Below, piece by piece: positions 37,629-54,142 of a stretch of 64,000 nt of DNA (its first letter is position 1; each line of letters starts with the position of its first letter). Source of the stretch: the human T2T-CHM13v2.0 reference genome, Homo sapiens; the NCBI RefSeq assembly GCF_009914755.1, contig NC_060929.1; one strand, 5' to 3'. A program made the translations under genes and the position numbers. Under the pieces are notes generated by a model, which had not been told where the DNA came from, did no database searches, and was given only the letters and a program-made list of their open reading frames with translations.

Positions 37629-38598
37629 TACATTGAATAAAAATGAGTAAGTTCATAGTAATAACAAAAAAAGAAGTGGAAGGAGGGAACTCTAGAGAAG
37701 AATGCCTAAGGATCAATGTGAAAGGATTTTGCAACTACCACTGTAGAAATTCATTCAGTTTTCAAAGGATCTACCACCACAGGGTGAAAGACAGTTGAGC
37801 AACAGGCCCACAGAGTACTTGTTCATTATAAAGGAAAAAGGTATCTTTATAATGGAGAGATCTGATAGGCACAGCTTTAACCAGTAAAGCCAGCATCAAT
37901 AGGAATAAACAAACATTACTTATTACATGCTTCTGATGTGATGAAATGGAAGGCTGGTCAAGTAATTTTCTTGTCTAAAAAGTTACCTGAATCTAAACAT
38001 AAATCATCAGATAAATCCAGATATGGGACATTCTACAAGACAACTGGCCTGAACACTTCAAAAGTATCACTATCATGAGAGACAAGATAAAAATAAGGAA
38101 CTGTTCCACATTAAAGCAAACTAACAAAGAATGGCAACCAAATACAATCCATGATCCTTGACTAGATTCTCAATTTCAAAAACAAAGCACAAGCACAAAC
38201 ATACATACACCAAATACATACAAAGCCCAGCCATTAAATACATTTTTGGACAACTGGACAAATTTATGTATTAGATAGTATAGTATCCATGTTCAATTCC
38301 TTTTCATAATGTTGCCATTGTGGCTACATAAAAGAATGTCCTTATTCTTGGGAAATACCTTCTGAAGAATTCAGGGCAAAGTACCATGTCATCTACAACT
38401 TGTAAAGCATATTGCTTATAAACTTATATTGCTGAGCCATTTGAAAATAGCCTTTAAGAGAAAGGAGAGATAAAGCAAATTTGAAAAATTATTAATAATT
38501 GGTGAACCTAGGTGAATGGCATAAAAAATAGTTCTTGGAACTATTTTTTTCCACTTTTCTGGAGAATTAAAATTTTCTGGGGCGGGCACGGTGGCTCA

Positions 38599-39060
<462 letters not shown>

Positions 39061-40645
39061 TTACACATGTATATTCCATGGAAGAAAAGTAGACAGAGAC
39101 ATGCACTAAAATGTTAATGACAATTAGTGTCTAGGAGTAGAAATCTAGTGGTTTAACTTTTTTTCTCTTTCTAAAAAAATAGTTTCTAATTTATAAATAA
39201 TAATATATTACTCATGTAAATAAAAATTATCTTCATACTGTATAGACAACCAGAGAAAGAGAAAGGAAAGGAAGCACATATAAGAGAGAAACAATGAACA
39301 GGAAAAGCTACTCTGGTACTTCCTATTTTGTTGAAGCTAATGTGGACATTTAAAAAAAATGTGACTAATCAGATTTCATTGTAATATAATCCTAGTTACA
39401 ATTATAGCTAGTCAACCAAATAGGGAGAGACAGTAAAGTCCTATCTATCTTAAATGACAGATCTAGGAATCATAAATTCAGTATTTTCTTGAGATCTTAA
39501 CAAAAGATTTCTTTCCTAAATAAGGAATCTCCTGTACTATGCCTTTAATAGATTATAAAATGTCTTTCTACCATCATTCATACTGGTGAATGATGAGCAG
39601 GTCCTCATCATTCACCACTCCAGCCAGAGTTCTCAGATGCTAATGTCTCCTCATTCAATTCATTTCCACCTGGTTGTCCGGTTAACTTACAAATCTGCTC
39701 ACACCGCTCCATTTCTTAATATAGCCTCTGCAGCTCCCTTTCTGCCCACAAGATAAAGACACACACCATAGCAGAGCACACATGGCTTTACATACTCTGG
39801 CACTTCTAGCCTCATCTACTGACATTTACCCCATGTATCCTGTATTCCAGCCACAATGAACTGCAGTTCTCAAACACTCCGTGCATTCCTAATTCATCAT
39901 TGTATCCCTAGCACCCTAGAGTAAGAGATAAGAAATCTCTGAGAAATAAAAGAGTGTCATTCACAGCATATCTTCTGGGAGGAATACAAAAGCTGAGTCT
40001 CTACAAAAAAGGCAATGTGTGATCTTAATCACTGTGAAAATGCAAACTTCCTCAGCTAGAAATTGGCAACAGCAGTGGACACAAAAAGGTTTTAGCCATT
40101 GTACCTCTCTGGGAGAAATATATAATCATTTAAGGAAAATAAAGGTACTCTGTTCTTCCAAAAAAGGTGTGTTACATAACCACCATCTTATGGATGTTTA
40201 GAAAGGGCTACCCAACATTTCCATGATGAACTATTTCTGATAATAAATAGCTCTTCGAGAGCCAAAATAAACAGAAATAATTTGTCTGTGGTATTCCCTG
40301 AGTATTAACCTTGAGTTTTCAATTTCATTTGGAAAAGCAGGAAAGTAAACAATCCTGTAGAAAACTCGGTGTTACTTCCTTTAATTGCAATGCTAAGCCC
40401 AAGACTCATAATGAGCTTTAAAACCCCCAAGAACATATTATATTCTTCTAAGATCTTCTCCTCCCCACGCCCCCAAAAAAGCATACAATTTACAGAACAG
40501 TCACATTATGTACCTATATTTATGTCTATCAATTAATTTAATTCCTATTATTGGGAGTAAGGTAATTTCAAAGACAATCAAGATAGTTTCTACTAAGTCT
40601 CTTCCTAATTTGTTTACTCATTTAAACACAGTTTATCAGTCTTAC

Positions 40646-40864
40646 CAGAATATGTAACTGCTGTGGTACTGTAAGTAGCACTCTGAGTATAGGATGGCAC
40701 CACAGTAGCCGCAGCTGCTACTGGCTGTACGGTGGAGGATACAGGATAGATGGAGAAAGTAGTGGTAGCTGGACTTGGTGTGGCTGGTTTTATGGCTGTC
40801 ACTTGTCGAGTTTGCTGGGCTTGAGTATACTGAGTTGCACCTTGGCTGTAACCTGCTTTGGGGG
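40646..40864 (-). CDS. ZFR: ZFR coding exon 5 (219 bp)
   Basis: Acceptor CTTCAG|CCCCC, donor CTG|GTAAGA; [41 protein letters not shown]...TAVTYS; phase 1 to 1. Confidence 0.94.
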
Positions 40865-41159
40865 CTGAAGTAGGAAAGAGACATCAGAAAATTAGAAGAG
40901 TAAGCCACTATAGTTACTGTACCAGTATCCTTAAAAGCTGGAAAGAATAGGTACAAACATCATTAACTATAAATTTTATGCCAGCAATTTCTCCTTAGCA
41001 AAAGGCATAAAACTCTTATTACCAATATGAATAGAATATACAAATAAATATACTATCTTCTGCCAAATGCTTTCTATGTATTTCCAAAATGATTATTTTG
41101 GCAAAACTTACAACTAACTGAAATAGCAGTGCTACCACTAAACAAACTTTTCTGAAAAG

Positions 41160-41161
<2 letters not shown>

Positions 41162-41204
<43 letters not shown>

Positions 41205-41210
41205 CGCGCA
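41162..41210. repeat. (GT)n(GC)n compound microsatellite
   Basis: About 17 GT units followed by about 7 GC units, read directly. Confidence 0.95.
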
Positions 41211-41977
41211 CTAGTCAGTCCACTTCAGTTAGGCTTAATATTGGAAACAGGACAGAATGAGTTACAATGTACATATTTCAATTCACAGTAAAAACTTCAA
41301 TGTTTAATCATATGAAACTTGTTCATATACCATTCATTGCATTTTAACTGATTTTTCCATATTGAACTACAATCTAACAAGGTACTACATAATTTTTCAA
41401 ATGTCAATAACTTGAATGCAGCTATTCTTAAATGGCTGCCACTGATGTCTGTCAACTTCTTTGCTGCCTCTGACATACTCAAAACAATGTATATTTTGAA
41501 AGAGTCTTAGAAGCCTTATGACTAAATCAATAATCACTTGTAAATGATCACTAAAGCACATAAATGTTATTTCTGAAAAAGGCCCAAAATCACGGGGCCA
41601 AGCTCATTTTTTGTTCAGTTAAGTAAAAGTACATTAGAACTTTTATCTTTTTTTTTTTTGAGACAGGGTCCCACTCTGTTGCCCAGGCTGAAGTATGATG
41701 GTGTGATCATGGCTCACTGCAACCTCAAACTCCTGGACTCAAGTGATCCTCCCACCTCAGCCACTCAAGTAGAACTTATCTGCTTATGAAATTTGATCCA
41801 TGTAACACAAAAAGATAATACTTTACAGAGATGAGACTAATATCCAAGAGCTAAATAACTTACACAAGTCACAGCAATACCAGAGTTAGACTAAATCAAG
41901 ATCTTCTCTTAGATAATTTAGCACTCAAGCACAACCTAAGCTTGGTAATTAAACAGGAAGTTTACTATAAATTATTA

Positions 41978-42328
<351 letters not shown>

Positions 42329-42584
42329 TCAGATAGTCACTATAATTCAAAACATGTTAAAACCACTTTTAAGGGACTCATAAAATCTTACAACTAGAAG
42401 GGGCCCTACTGAAATTTGGGTCAACTACCTCATTTACAGGTAAGAGAACAGAGATAAGAGAGGTAAAAAATCACTTGCCCACATTAGCAATAAAGCCAGT
42501 ACTGGAAGCCAATTCTACTCTCTTACAATCCAACGCTCTACCCACACCCTCACACCCTTCAAAAATAATTAAAGGAAGTGCCCA

Positions 42585-42747
42585 TTTTTTTTCTTTTTTT
42601 TTTTTATTATACTTTAAGTTCTAGGGTACATGTGCACAACATGCAGGTTTGTTACATATGTATACATGTGTCATGTTAGTGTGCTGCACCCATTAACTTG
42701 TCATTTACATTAGGTGTATCTCCTAGTGCTTTCCCTCCCCCCACCCC
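42585..42747 (-). mobile_element. Severely 5'-truncated L1PA 3' end
   Basis: TTATTATACTTTAAGTTCTAGGGTACATGTGCACAAC is the L1PA 3' terminus in reverse; imperfect duplication GAA(G/C)TGCCCA(T/C)TTT. Confidence 0.88.
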
Positions 42748-43328
42748 AAGAACTGCCCACTTTTCAAAAGCTTTGTTTTAAAAATTATCAAGTCTCTCTC
42801 TAAAAAAAAAAAAAATCCATCTTTTAAAGTCTGTAAATATACAGGTTTCTTTGCAAACGAAATGCTTCCTAGATTTGAACCATTCTACATACTGTATTTA
42901 ACATGATTGGTGGCTGATAACAGAACCAACTGTCATTAGCGATCAGAGAAAGATTAATTAAAAATATGGGCCCATTAAAGGGTCTCCACTGGTTACAAAG
43001 GCTGTTTGTTGGCAGTATCATATGTTCTGGGCATTTCTGGCAAAGATAAAAATGTGTTCAGAAGTTATCATCACAGGTTCTTTTGCACAGCTTATTTCAG
43101 CAGGAATGGACTGTGGGCTGAAAGTCCAGAAATGGAGTACATTTCCAGGAGAGAAAGGCATGATTATGAATTGTGACTCCAAGGCATTTAGTAGGACAGG
43201 TCTAGAACCTGCCTCCTAAGATGATGTGATATGAGTTTAGATGGACTCAAAAGCTTATCTTCATTAAACACAGTAAGTCATATACTTCAATAGTTTACAA
43301 AGAAACTCTGTAGGTTAAGAAAACCCAC

Positions 43329-43473
43329 CTGTCTGATAGTAAGTTTCAGCAACAGAAGGCTGAGGTTGGGCAGCGGCAGCTACAGCAGCAGCAGTTGCTG
43401 TTGGTTGTTGGTAGTATTGCTTACTATCATAAGCTACAGCAGGAGCTGTGGACCTTACATATGAGTATGAATC
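43329..43473 (-). CDS. ZFR: ZFR coding exon 4 (145 bp)
   Basis: Acceptor TCTTTAG|GATTCA, donor ACAG|GTGGGT; [48 protein letters not shown]; phase 0 to 1 fits neighbours; absent from the ORF track. Confidence 0.93.
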
Positions 43474-43753
43474 CTAAAGAAAAGGAATGAAAGAAAATCT
43501 TGCTATGAGACAAGTGGAAGGAAAAAAATACTTACTGTATAGAAGTGCAATAAAGGAAAACAAAACACTAAATACGTAGTTTCATGACAGACCTAAACAT
43601 AAAAGAATCAAATTAAATACACAGAAGATTCATTTTGTACTTCATTAAAATAATATCAAGGCTGGGTGCGGTGGCTCACGCCTGTAATCCCAGCACTTTG
43701 GGAGGCCAAGCCGGGCGGATCATGAGGTAAGCAGATAAAGACCATCCTGGCTA

Positions 43754-43994
<241 letters not shown>

Positions 43995-45499
43995 TTACAA
44001 TCAGAACAATCACCAAAACATTTCTAAATAATACTTAAGTAAAAATTAATTTTATTAAAAAAGTCACAGAAGTTTTGCCTTAAAGATGGATCCTACAATA
44101 TTACAAAAGAACACTTGTGTTACTAAACTTTGTAATTGCTCCTTTTCAGTATTTCTTTTTCAAGAAAGATCAAGGTGAGCTGAGTGAATTCTGGCAGTCC
44201 ACGAAGTAAAGAGGGGTAGAAAGGTATGTAGGTGAAATGGCTGAAGTAGCAGGTAGGGCCCAGAAAACACTGGGTTTCACAGACACTATTAAAAACAACA
44301 AAATTTATTATATTCTGTCTCTGGGCATAAATAATCACACCTCAAAAGGAATTTCATTTAGTAACCTGCCTAAAATTAATAGCAAATACTAATATTGTTG
44401 ATTTACATTTCAATTTTTTACTGCATAAATTTCTATGCTTTAGAAAGAATATAGCAAAACCAGGGAAAGTTCAGAAGGACCAAAGTTTAAAAAACAGATC
44501 CTAAAAGCAAATAAGCAAAAAAACAGATTAAAGAAATTAGGACCAAATTTAATTTAAATAAGCAAGTAGTAATCTAGCACTGTTTTCAAACATAATAAGG
44601 AGAATGTAGAATTCCTATAAGACTGAGTAAGAGGCAACTGGATGAATAAGGGCATGATCAATTTTTGTTATAATATGTATTAAAAAAGAACATCTTGACA
44701 GGATAAATGTAAAGGGGACAGAATTTCCACCTTTGCTAAGTTTCAAGAAGAAAATATGTAATATGTTTGTCCTGCTCTCAAAATATTCTCAAAATAGGAG
44801 ACATACCTGTGTTCCAGATGAATAATGCTCTAGTACAAACAAGGGAAGTCTTTTCTATGTCTTCAGTTAAAACAATAACAAACAAACAAACTTGGGGTAA
44901 ACAATGAAATATTTAACTAGCAATTAATGTGAAAGTTTTTAACAGACAGCTATAAATAATAGAGTCAAATGGACGGGGGGTGAGAGGAAGGATTATTAAT
45001 ACAAAGCTCATTGCAAGGAATTTTTTTTTTTCTTGAGACAGGGTCTCGCTCTGTCACCCAGGCTGGAATGCAATGGCATAATCCTGGCTCACTGCAGCCT
45101 CTGCCTCCTGGATTCAAGTGATTCTCGTGCCTCAGCCTCCTGAGTAGCTGGGACTACAGGTGCGCACCACTGCACCCAGCTAATTTTTGTATTTTTAGCA
45201 GAGACGGGGTTTCGCCATGTTGGACACGCTGGTCTTGAACTCCTGACCTCAGGTGATCCACCCACCTTGGCCTCTCAAAGTGCTGGGATTACAGGCATGA
45301 GCCACCGCGCCCAGCCGGCAAGGAACCTTAATGGTTGGTATGTCCCAAACTACCAAGGAATACTCATTTACTTTTCTCTATCAGTACATGTGTATTTTGG
45401 AAGCCCCAAGTTTGAGAAGCAATGGCTAGGGCATTACATTATACACTGAAGACAAAGAAACCCGCACATTCAGGCTACCAAAACTAGTAGTTTTCTTAC

Positions 45500-45782
45500 C
45501 TGGTAGTTTTGTGTAGTAGCTGGGGGTGGTGGTGGTGGTGCTTCTTGTTGCCTCTGAGTATAACCATAGTCAGTTGCTGTGTGTGCAGTGGGGTAGCCTC
45601 CATAAGCAGCAGCTGTTGCAGCAGCTGCAACAGCTACTGGAGCAGGCCTGGCAACTGCAACTGTGGCGGCTGCTGGTGCATAGGCAGCAGTAACTGTGTG
45701 AGCAGCTACTGGAGCCTGATGGACAGTGTAGCTAGCAACTGTAGTTGGATGAGAATAGGCTACACCCGAAGCTGGCTGCTGG
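45500..45782 (-). CDS. ZFR: ZFR coding exon 3 (283 bp), Ala/Thr/Tyr-rich N-terminal region
   Basis: Acceptor TGTAG|CCAGCAG, donor CAG|GTAAGA; translates [28 protein letters not shown]...[13 protein letters not shown], recognised as ZFR. Confidence 0.95.
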
Positions 45783-46290
45783 CTACATTGTGGAGTACAA
45801 GAATAAATATAATACAATTTTAATATCCAGGAGTTAACCAACTTCAATTAAAAGCTATTCAACTGAAATAAAAAGCACATTTTCAAGTAATTTAATGACG
45901 GACCACAAAAGGTCAAGTACTTGAACTCAATAAACTTCCTATTCAATATCATATTTATTACTGTTCTGTAATTTTCATTCTTTTTTTTTAAAATTTTCAT
46001 TCTTTAATCTCAATACATTATATAGTCACACGTTTCAGATCATAGATTGTATCACATAACAGGAATTAAAAACTAGGATAAAAAACAGTATTAGGAAGAA
46101 AAGAAAAAACTGACCAAATTAGGAACTTTAGTGTTAGTTACATGTGAAGTTCTTTATTATGTTGTACAGTTTTACAAATCTCTACAAAGAAACCATAAGA
46201 AAAATATTCTATTCTAGCCCAATTACAGAAAGAAATTTAAGGTAGAAACTACTGACCAGCTGATTAAAAAATACTTCTGTTGCTTTAGGA

Positions 46291-46510
46291 CAGTTGGTAT
46301 TCAACTGGGGGAATTTTTCCCCCAGGGGACATATGGCCATATCTGCATATATTTTTGATGACCAAACTGCAGAGGAGGTGGTGATATGTGAGCTACTGGC
46401 ATCCAGTGGATAGAGGCCAGGGATGCTGTTACAAATCCTACAATGCACAGGACAGCCGTGCATAACAAAGAATTATTTAAAGTATGTCAATAGTGCTGAG
46501 GGTTGAGAAG
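46291..46510. mobile_element. MER20-like hAT DNA transposon
   Basis: CCCCAGGGGACA...CTACTGGCATCCAGTGG..AGAGGCCAGGGATGCTG...GTCAATAGTGCTGAGG.TTGAGAA. Confidence 0.75.
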
Positions 46511-48725
46511 TTCTGTTCCAGGGTACAAAACCTACAATGGAATATCTATTATTTTAGATACATTTTCCAGCTTACAGGGAGCATTTCATTATACAAAGTT
46601 ACTTTTAAATATATAATAGCATGTTTTGTAAAAGAAGACACAAATCAGATGCTTTGCAATTAAAAACATTTAAACCTCAAAGAGACAAAAACATTTTCCA
46701 AAACAGCAATCAAATGAATTTCTAGCTAAAGTTCTTACAGGAATATGTTTATTTTAACTTTTAAACTGAAAGCCTGTATCACTAAAACCAAAGGCCTACA
46801 GATGTTAGCATATAAAAGTGTATTTCTTGTTCTAGGTTTTCTGAATAATACACTCAATTCCACAAGGTAAAGCCACATTACTAAGGCAGAAACACCTACT
46901 AAAAAAAGAAGAGCCCCAACAGTTATTTAGCTGATAGGTTTTAGCTGACCACATTTTAGTATGAGCCAACAACTAAGAATAGCTAAGAGAAAGAAAAAAA
47001 AAATGTTGAAGCTGCACTAATTAACTCAGTCTCTGATTAATGGTCTATAGTACAAGGTATTCTGTACTGGTGTGCATAGTAACATAGAAATATAGTATAG
47101 AATTAAATTAAAATTTGGGGCTATCATATTTTAACTGTATTAGGGAAAACACTGATAAACTAGGAAGTTCATATTAGATTGTAAGATTCCAAAGGGAATC
47201 AATGTGAAGGTCAGAGATATGGGTTTTAATTTCATATAAAAAGGGGAGGACACCTGGAGAAATTCAGTCTAGAAAAGGTGACAGATGCCTTCTAATAGAA
47301 GACACTTACTCCATGCTGCTCCAGAGAACAGAACTAGAACCAATAGTTGGAAGTTACAGGGTGGCAGATTTCAGTCCAATATGAAAAAGAAAACAAAAAA
47401 CAAAAAACAAAAAAAACTTAGAACAGAGTCCAAAGAAACTCATAGAATTTCTATCTGGATGAGGTTTCCATATTTTGATATAAAACTAACATTTTCTACA
47501 TATATGCCAATATGACAGGAAAAGTTTACATTAAAACAGTGAAAAACTTGTTTGGGAATAACATTTTCTAGGAACAACTCCATATCTGTAAGAAAATGCC
47601 AGTAACAGGTCATACTTTTCCAAAATTCCTGGAACTGAAAAAAAAGATACTATTTAAAATACAAATACAACAGGTCTGTGAAACTTGTATTTAACATTTA
47701 CTAACAGGATAAGATTAAATACATCCAGACTAAACCACCTAAGAGTAATTTTGGTTATATAAAAGACTGTTTCTATTCATCCCACTGCTCCTTATCTAGT
47801 ATTTGTCCCCAAAACATGTCCTATTAGACAAAAAGCAGGTGGGAATAGGATGGGAATGTTGAGTCAACCAGGAAGCCAATTTAACTTATACTGCCTCTGA
47901 TCGTCACCCTAAATGTCCATGAGACTCAAGAAGGAATGACCATATGTTCTGGTTAATGCCTACTGCCGGTGTAATTATTACTTTTAGTACTTTTCACTCT
48001 CCTACATGTCTCAGTTTGAACAATAAATTATACAGTCACCAGTCCCAGGAAAAGATGAAATATGAAAAAGATGCCAGCAGATTTAGCAATTGCTATTTAC
48101 ACATCCCTGGCATTGTCTAACTCTGCTCTGTATAGCCAGGTCTCTAACCATCATCTGGACTGGAACCATATCTTCTACCAAAAGCATGAGGAAGGCTGGG
48201 CATGGTGGCTCACACCAGTAATCCCAGCACTTTGGGAGGCCAAGGCAGCAGGACTGCTTGAAGTCAGGAGTTTGAGACCAGCCTGGGCAACGTAGAAAGA
48301 CCACATCTCTACAGAAAATTTTTTAAAAATTAGCCACACATGGTAGTGTGTGCCTGTAGTCCCAGCTAGTCAGGAGGCTGAGGTGGGAGGATCGCTTGAG
48401 CAGAGGAGGTTGAGGCTACGGTGAACCATGATTGTGCCACTGCACTCCAGCCTGGATGACAGAGTAAAACCTGTCTCAAAAAAAAAAAAAAAAAAAAAAA
48501 AAAAGGAAGCCAAGAAACACTTCAAGCATCAGACATAAATGGAAGAGTACTTTCCCTGAGGAGAAACAGGAAAAGAAAGCACGTAAGCAATTATTACAGA
48601 GTACACACACTCTATATTCTTACTCAAGAAATGGCCAGCTCCTTACCTACTTATCAACAACAACAAAAAGTGAGCCAGGGACTCACTACAAAAAATAAGA
48701 CTTTCAAGACTTCCAGGCAATCTTA

Positions 48726-49025
<300 letters not shown>

Positions 49026-51195
49026 TTAAATTTAAAAAAATTTTTAAAAAATGAACAGACAACACAAATCACCACATGTCTGAAGAAAGCCTACTATAAA
49101 CTGCAAAACAAGTAAGAATGACCATGTGGGAAATGAACATATGAAGGCCACAGATGAGAATTTTCAAAAACTCTAATTTGTATCTATAAAACAAGAACTT
49201 TATACTACCTAGAAGAGAAGATAAAGTTGAGAAATAGACAAGATAAATATATGAAAAATACAAAAGAAAGGATAAGTCTAGAAGGCCCAATGTCCTGCCT
49301 GAAGGAATGACAGAAAAGAAAAAAGATCAAAAAAATTAAGAAATAAAATTTCCCACTCCTGACGTGAACCACGTTTTCAAATTCAAAAAGCTCACAGAGA
49401 GCAAAACAGAGTGAAAAAAACAAACCTAGAGACATAGCATTTTACTTTTCAAGACAAAAAGATCCTGTCTCCAGAGAGGGAAAAACTGGGCACCTGCAAC
49501 TAAATGAAAACTAGACTTCTTACTGGTAACACTAAAGCAAGAAGATAAGGTATTATCTTCAAAATTCAAGGGAAAATGATTACTAATGTAGAATTTTGTA
49601 CCCAGCCAAACTATGGAGGCAGAATAAAGATTTTTTAACCATTCAAGGATGGAAGGAGTTTACCTACTACAACCTTTTCTTAGGAAGCTACATGAAGATA
49701 TATTCCAGCTAAAACAAAAAGTAAACCAAGAAAACATGGGATCCTGCAAACAGATGAAAGCCTAGGTCAGCAGCTGTGGTGGCAGCAGGCCCAGAGAGAA
49801 GTGAGTATAGATTGGAATTAGGGGAAGGACAGAAGCCTCTCAGAGAAAGATATCCAGAAAAACAGAGGACTCGGCACAGAGCCAGTAGACAGGGAGCCTA
49901 GACAAATTTTAAGAAATGACAACATGATTAAGAAAAAAAGGTAGGCTGGGCGTGGTGGCTCACGCCTGTAATCCCAGCACTTTGGGAGGCCGAGGTGGGT
50001 GGATCACGAGGTCAGGAGATAGAGACCACGGTGAAAGCCCGTCTCTATTAAAAATACAAAACATTAGCTGGGCGCAGTGGCGGGCACCTGTAGTCCCGGC
50101 TACTCGGGAGGTTGAGTCAGGAGAATGGCGTGAGCCCAGAAGGCGGAGCTTGCAGTGAGCCGAGATCGCGCGCCACTGCAGTCTCACCTGGGTGAAAGAG
50201 CGAGACTCCGTCTCAAAAAAAAAAAAAAAAGAAAAAGAAAAAAGGTAATGAATGAATTCAGGAAATGTAAACTGCTCAAGAAAGGCATGATCCCAATAAA
50301 AGACTTTATAGGTGAGCAATCAGTATGGTATAAAAGAGGAAAAAATCCATTTGAACTTGAGCCTAGGAAGATTTTCTAATAAGCGGTACAGGATTGTAAA
50401 ATGGAACACATTAGAAATCATAATCATAGAATGGTACTAGGCTCCACAATAAATACTATTGATAAGATAAAACAGTTTTTGCTTTAAAGTTTTAGAATCA
50501 ATCTAAATTAGAGAAGATAAACTATGATTACAGAATATAATGTAAACGTTATCATAAATAAGAGTATACATTAAGTTTGGGGAGTGAAGTAGGGAAAGAG
50601 AAGGAGTGAAACACAAGAGTTTCAAGAATTTTTAAAAACTACAGAGTACTCATATACTGTCTAGCTTTGATGGAACTAGAAATGGAGTATACTCTCTAAA
50701 TTAACAGAAATAGTCTGAATTTGGGAAGAGGAGAAATGAGAAGAGAGCATATGCAATACAGTCCTAAACTGTGATTGTAGGAAATAAAAATATATGCATA
50801 AAGTTGATAAGTTACAAAATAGCAAAAGAGGAATACTATTCAGTGATGTGGAGCTTAGCACCAAAAGAAATAAAACCAGAATGCTTTAAAGGTCTCTGGG
50901 GAGTTTTTAATTTGTATACAACAGTGGTTCTCAATGTGATCCAGGGACTCCCCTAAGGGTTCCTGAGACCCTTTCAGGAGGTCCACACAAGGTTGTTCTC
51001 TTTTTAATTACACACTGGTGTGAGGCCAGGCTGCCTTCATATATTTTAATCCAAATAATTTACTGCAACAGTCTGAATGCAAAAGCAAATTTTAGAATAT
51101 TCTTAAGACATTAAAAAGATTTGTAAAAATGTAAAACAATGCCTCTCATCTCACTGTTTTTGAAACTAATTTTTCATAAGCATATTTTTGGTTAA

Positions 51196-51566
<371 letters not shown>

Positions 51567-51954
51567 TAGAAGTGCTACAGGAATCCTGAAACCCAAAAGT
51601 CTGAGAATCTTCATTTCATGATGCAGACCATTAACTTGAGTCTGTAATGGTTATTCACCATTTATTTTCTTGGTCTCTATTTATTATCCCTTTATGCAAA
51701 AAGTTTCTGTCACGCAACAGGAAAATGAAATTGCTTAATTCATTAATAAAAACTACTAATTACAGTAAAATAAGGTTTATAATTAATAGAAACCTAGCAG
51801 AAAATTGTTTAATCTAAACCCAAGATATGAAATCACTAGTAAGTGGCAGAGTAAAAGCCAGAACCTAAGCAGTGTGGCCCCAGTGTGTATGTGCTCTTAA
51901 CCATCACATCTACTCTCTACAACATTTGTGTTTTCTTTAACAGTTTAAAATACG

Positions 51955-53815
51955 GTGACAAGTTCAACATATAAATCAATGTAATACACATTAATAAAAT
52001 GGAAGACAAAACCCAAGCGATCATCTCAATAGCATTTGACAAGAGTCAACATCCTTTTATGATTAAAAAAAGAAAAAAAAAAACCTCAACCAACTAGGAA
52101 TTGAAGGAAATAACCTCAATATAATAAAAACTATGAAAAGCCCATAGCTAACCTCACACTCGATGACACACTGAAAGCTTTTCCTCTAAGATCAGGAAGA
52201 AGACAAAGCTGCATGCTTTTACTGCTTCTATTCAACACAGTACTTAAGTTCCAGCCAAAGCAATATGGCAGGAAAAATAAAAGGCATCCAAATTAGGCCA
52301 GGTGCTGGTGGCTCACACCTGTAATCACAGCACTTTGGGAGGCCAAGGCAGGTGGATCACTTCAGCCCAGGAGTTCGAGACCAGCCTGGCCAACACAGTG
52401 AAACCCTGTCTCTAATAAAACTACAATAAATTAGCCATACATGCTGGCATGTGCCTGTAGCCCCAGCTACTTGGGAGGCTGAAGCACGGGAATTGCTTGA
52501 AAACCCAGGGGGCGGAGGTTGCAGTGAGCTGAGATTGTGCCACGGCACTCCAGCCTGGATGACAAAGAAACACTCTTTCTGAAAAAAAAAAAAAAAAGCA
52601 TCCTAATTGAAAAAGATCAAGCCATCTGTTCACAGATGACATCATTTTATACATGGAAAACACTAAACACTCCACAAAAAACTGTTAGAACTAATAAAGG
52701 AAATAAGCAAAGTTACAGGATACAAAAATCAGTTGCATTCCTATATGTTAACAATAAACAGGCAATTAAGAAAACAATTCCACTTACAATAGCGTCAAAA
52801 AGAATAAAAAACTCGGGCCAGGCACTGTGGCTGGCTCAAGCCTGTAATCCTAGCACTTTCAGAGGCTAAGCTGGGAGGACAATATAGTGAGACCTCATCT
52901 GTACGAAAAATACAAAAAACAATTAGTGGCGCATGATGACACGTGCATGTAGTCCCAGCTACTTGGGTGGCTGGGATCACCTGAGCCCAGGAGGTCAGGG
53001 CTGCAGGTGGCCGTGATCGTGCCAGTCTGGGCAACACAGCAAGACTCTGTCTCAAAAAAAAAAAAAAAAAAAAAGGAAAAGAAAAGAAAACAACCTTACG
53101 AATAAACCTAGCCAAGAAGGTGAAAAACGTGTGTATTAAAAACTACAAAACACTGCTGAAAGATTTAAAGACACAAATAAATGGAAAGACATCCCATGTT
53201 CACGGATTAGAAGGCAAACTATTGTTAAGATGTTAATACTACCCAAAGTGATCTAAAAATTCAGTGAAATTCCTATAAAAATCCCAGTGATTTTTTTTTG
53301 CCAGAAAAGAAATCTATCCTAAAATTCCTGTGGAATCTCAAGAGATCCCTAATAGCAAAACAACCTTAAAATATTAGAACAAAGTTGGAAGTCTCACACT
53401 TGCTAATTTCAAACTATGATAATCAAAACAGTATAGTGCTGGCATACAGACATATAGACCAATGAAATAGAATAGAGGACCCAGATATATAGCCTTGCAT
53501 ATACAGTCAAATAATTTTTGACAAGGATGCCAAGACCATTCAGTGCGTTGTCTTCTCAACAAATGGTGTTAGGAAAACTGGATATCCACACGAAAAGGAA
53601 AAAAGCTGGAGCTTCACCTTACAAAATATACAAAAATTAACTCAAAATGGATGAAAGATCTAAATGTAACAGCTAAAACTATACAACTCTTAGTAGAAAA
53701 CACAAAGGAAAAAAGCTTCATGACATGAAATTTGGCAATGATTTATTGGATGTGACATCAAAAGCACAGGCAAAAAATTAGACAAATGAGACTACACCAA
53801 AATTAAAAACCTCTG
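51955..53815 (+). mobile_element. Degenerate L1 ORF2-region fragment interrupted by Alus (~52296-52597, ~52816-53075)
   Basis: L1 ORF2 motifs (AGATCAGGAAGAAGACAA, CAGATGACATCAT, AAATAAATGGAAAGACATCCCATGTTCA, AACAAAGTTGGA); frameshifted. Confidence 0.85.
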
Positions 53816-53872
53816 TGTGGCTGAGTGCAGCGACTCTGTGTGGCACTGTGGGAGGCCGAGGTGGGCAGATCA

Positions 53873-54142
<270 letters not shown>

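Noticed and set aside
45509-45823. Cys/Trp-rich 104-aa plus-strand ORF
   Set aside because: Antisense reading of the Ala/Pro-rich ZFR exon 3
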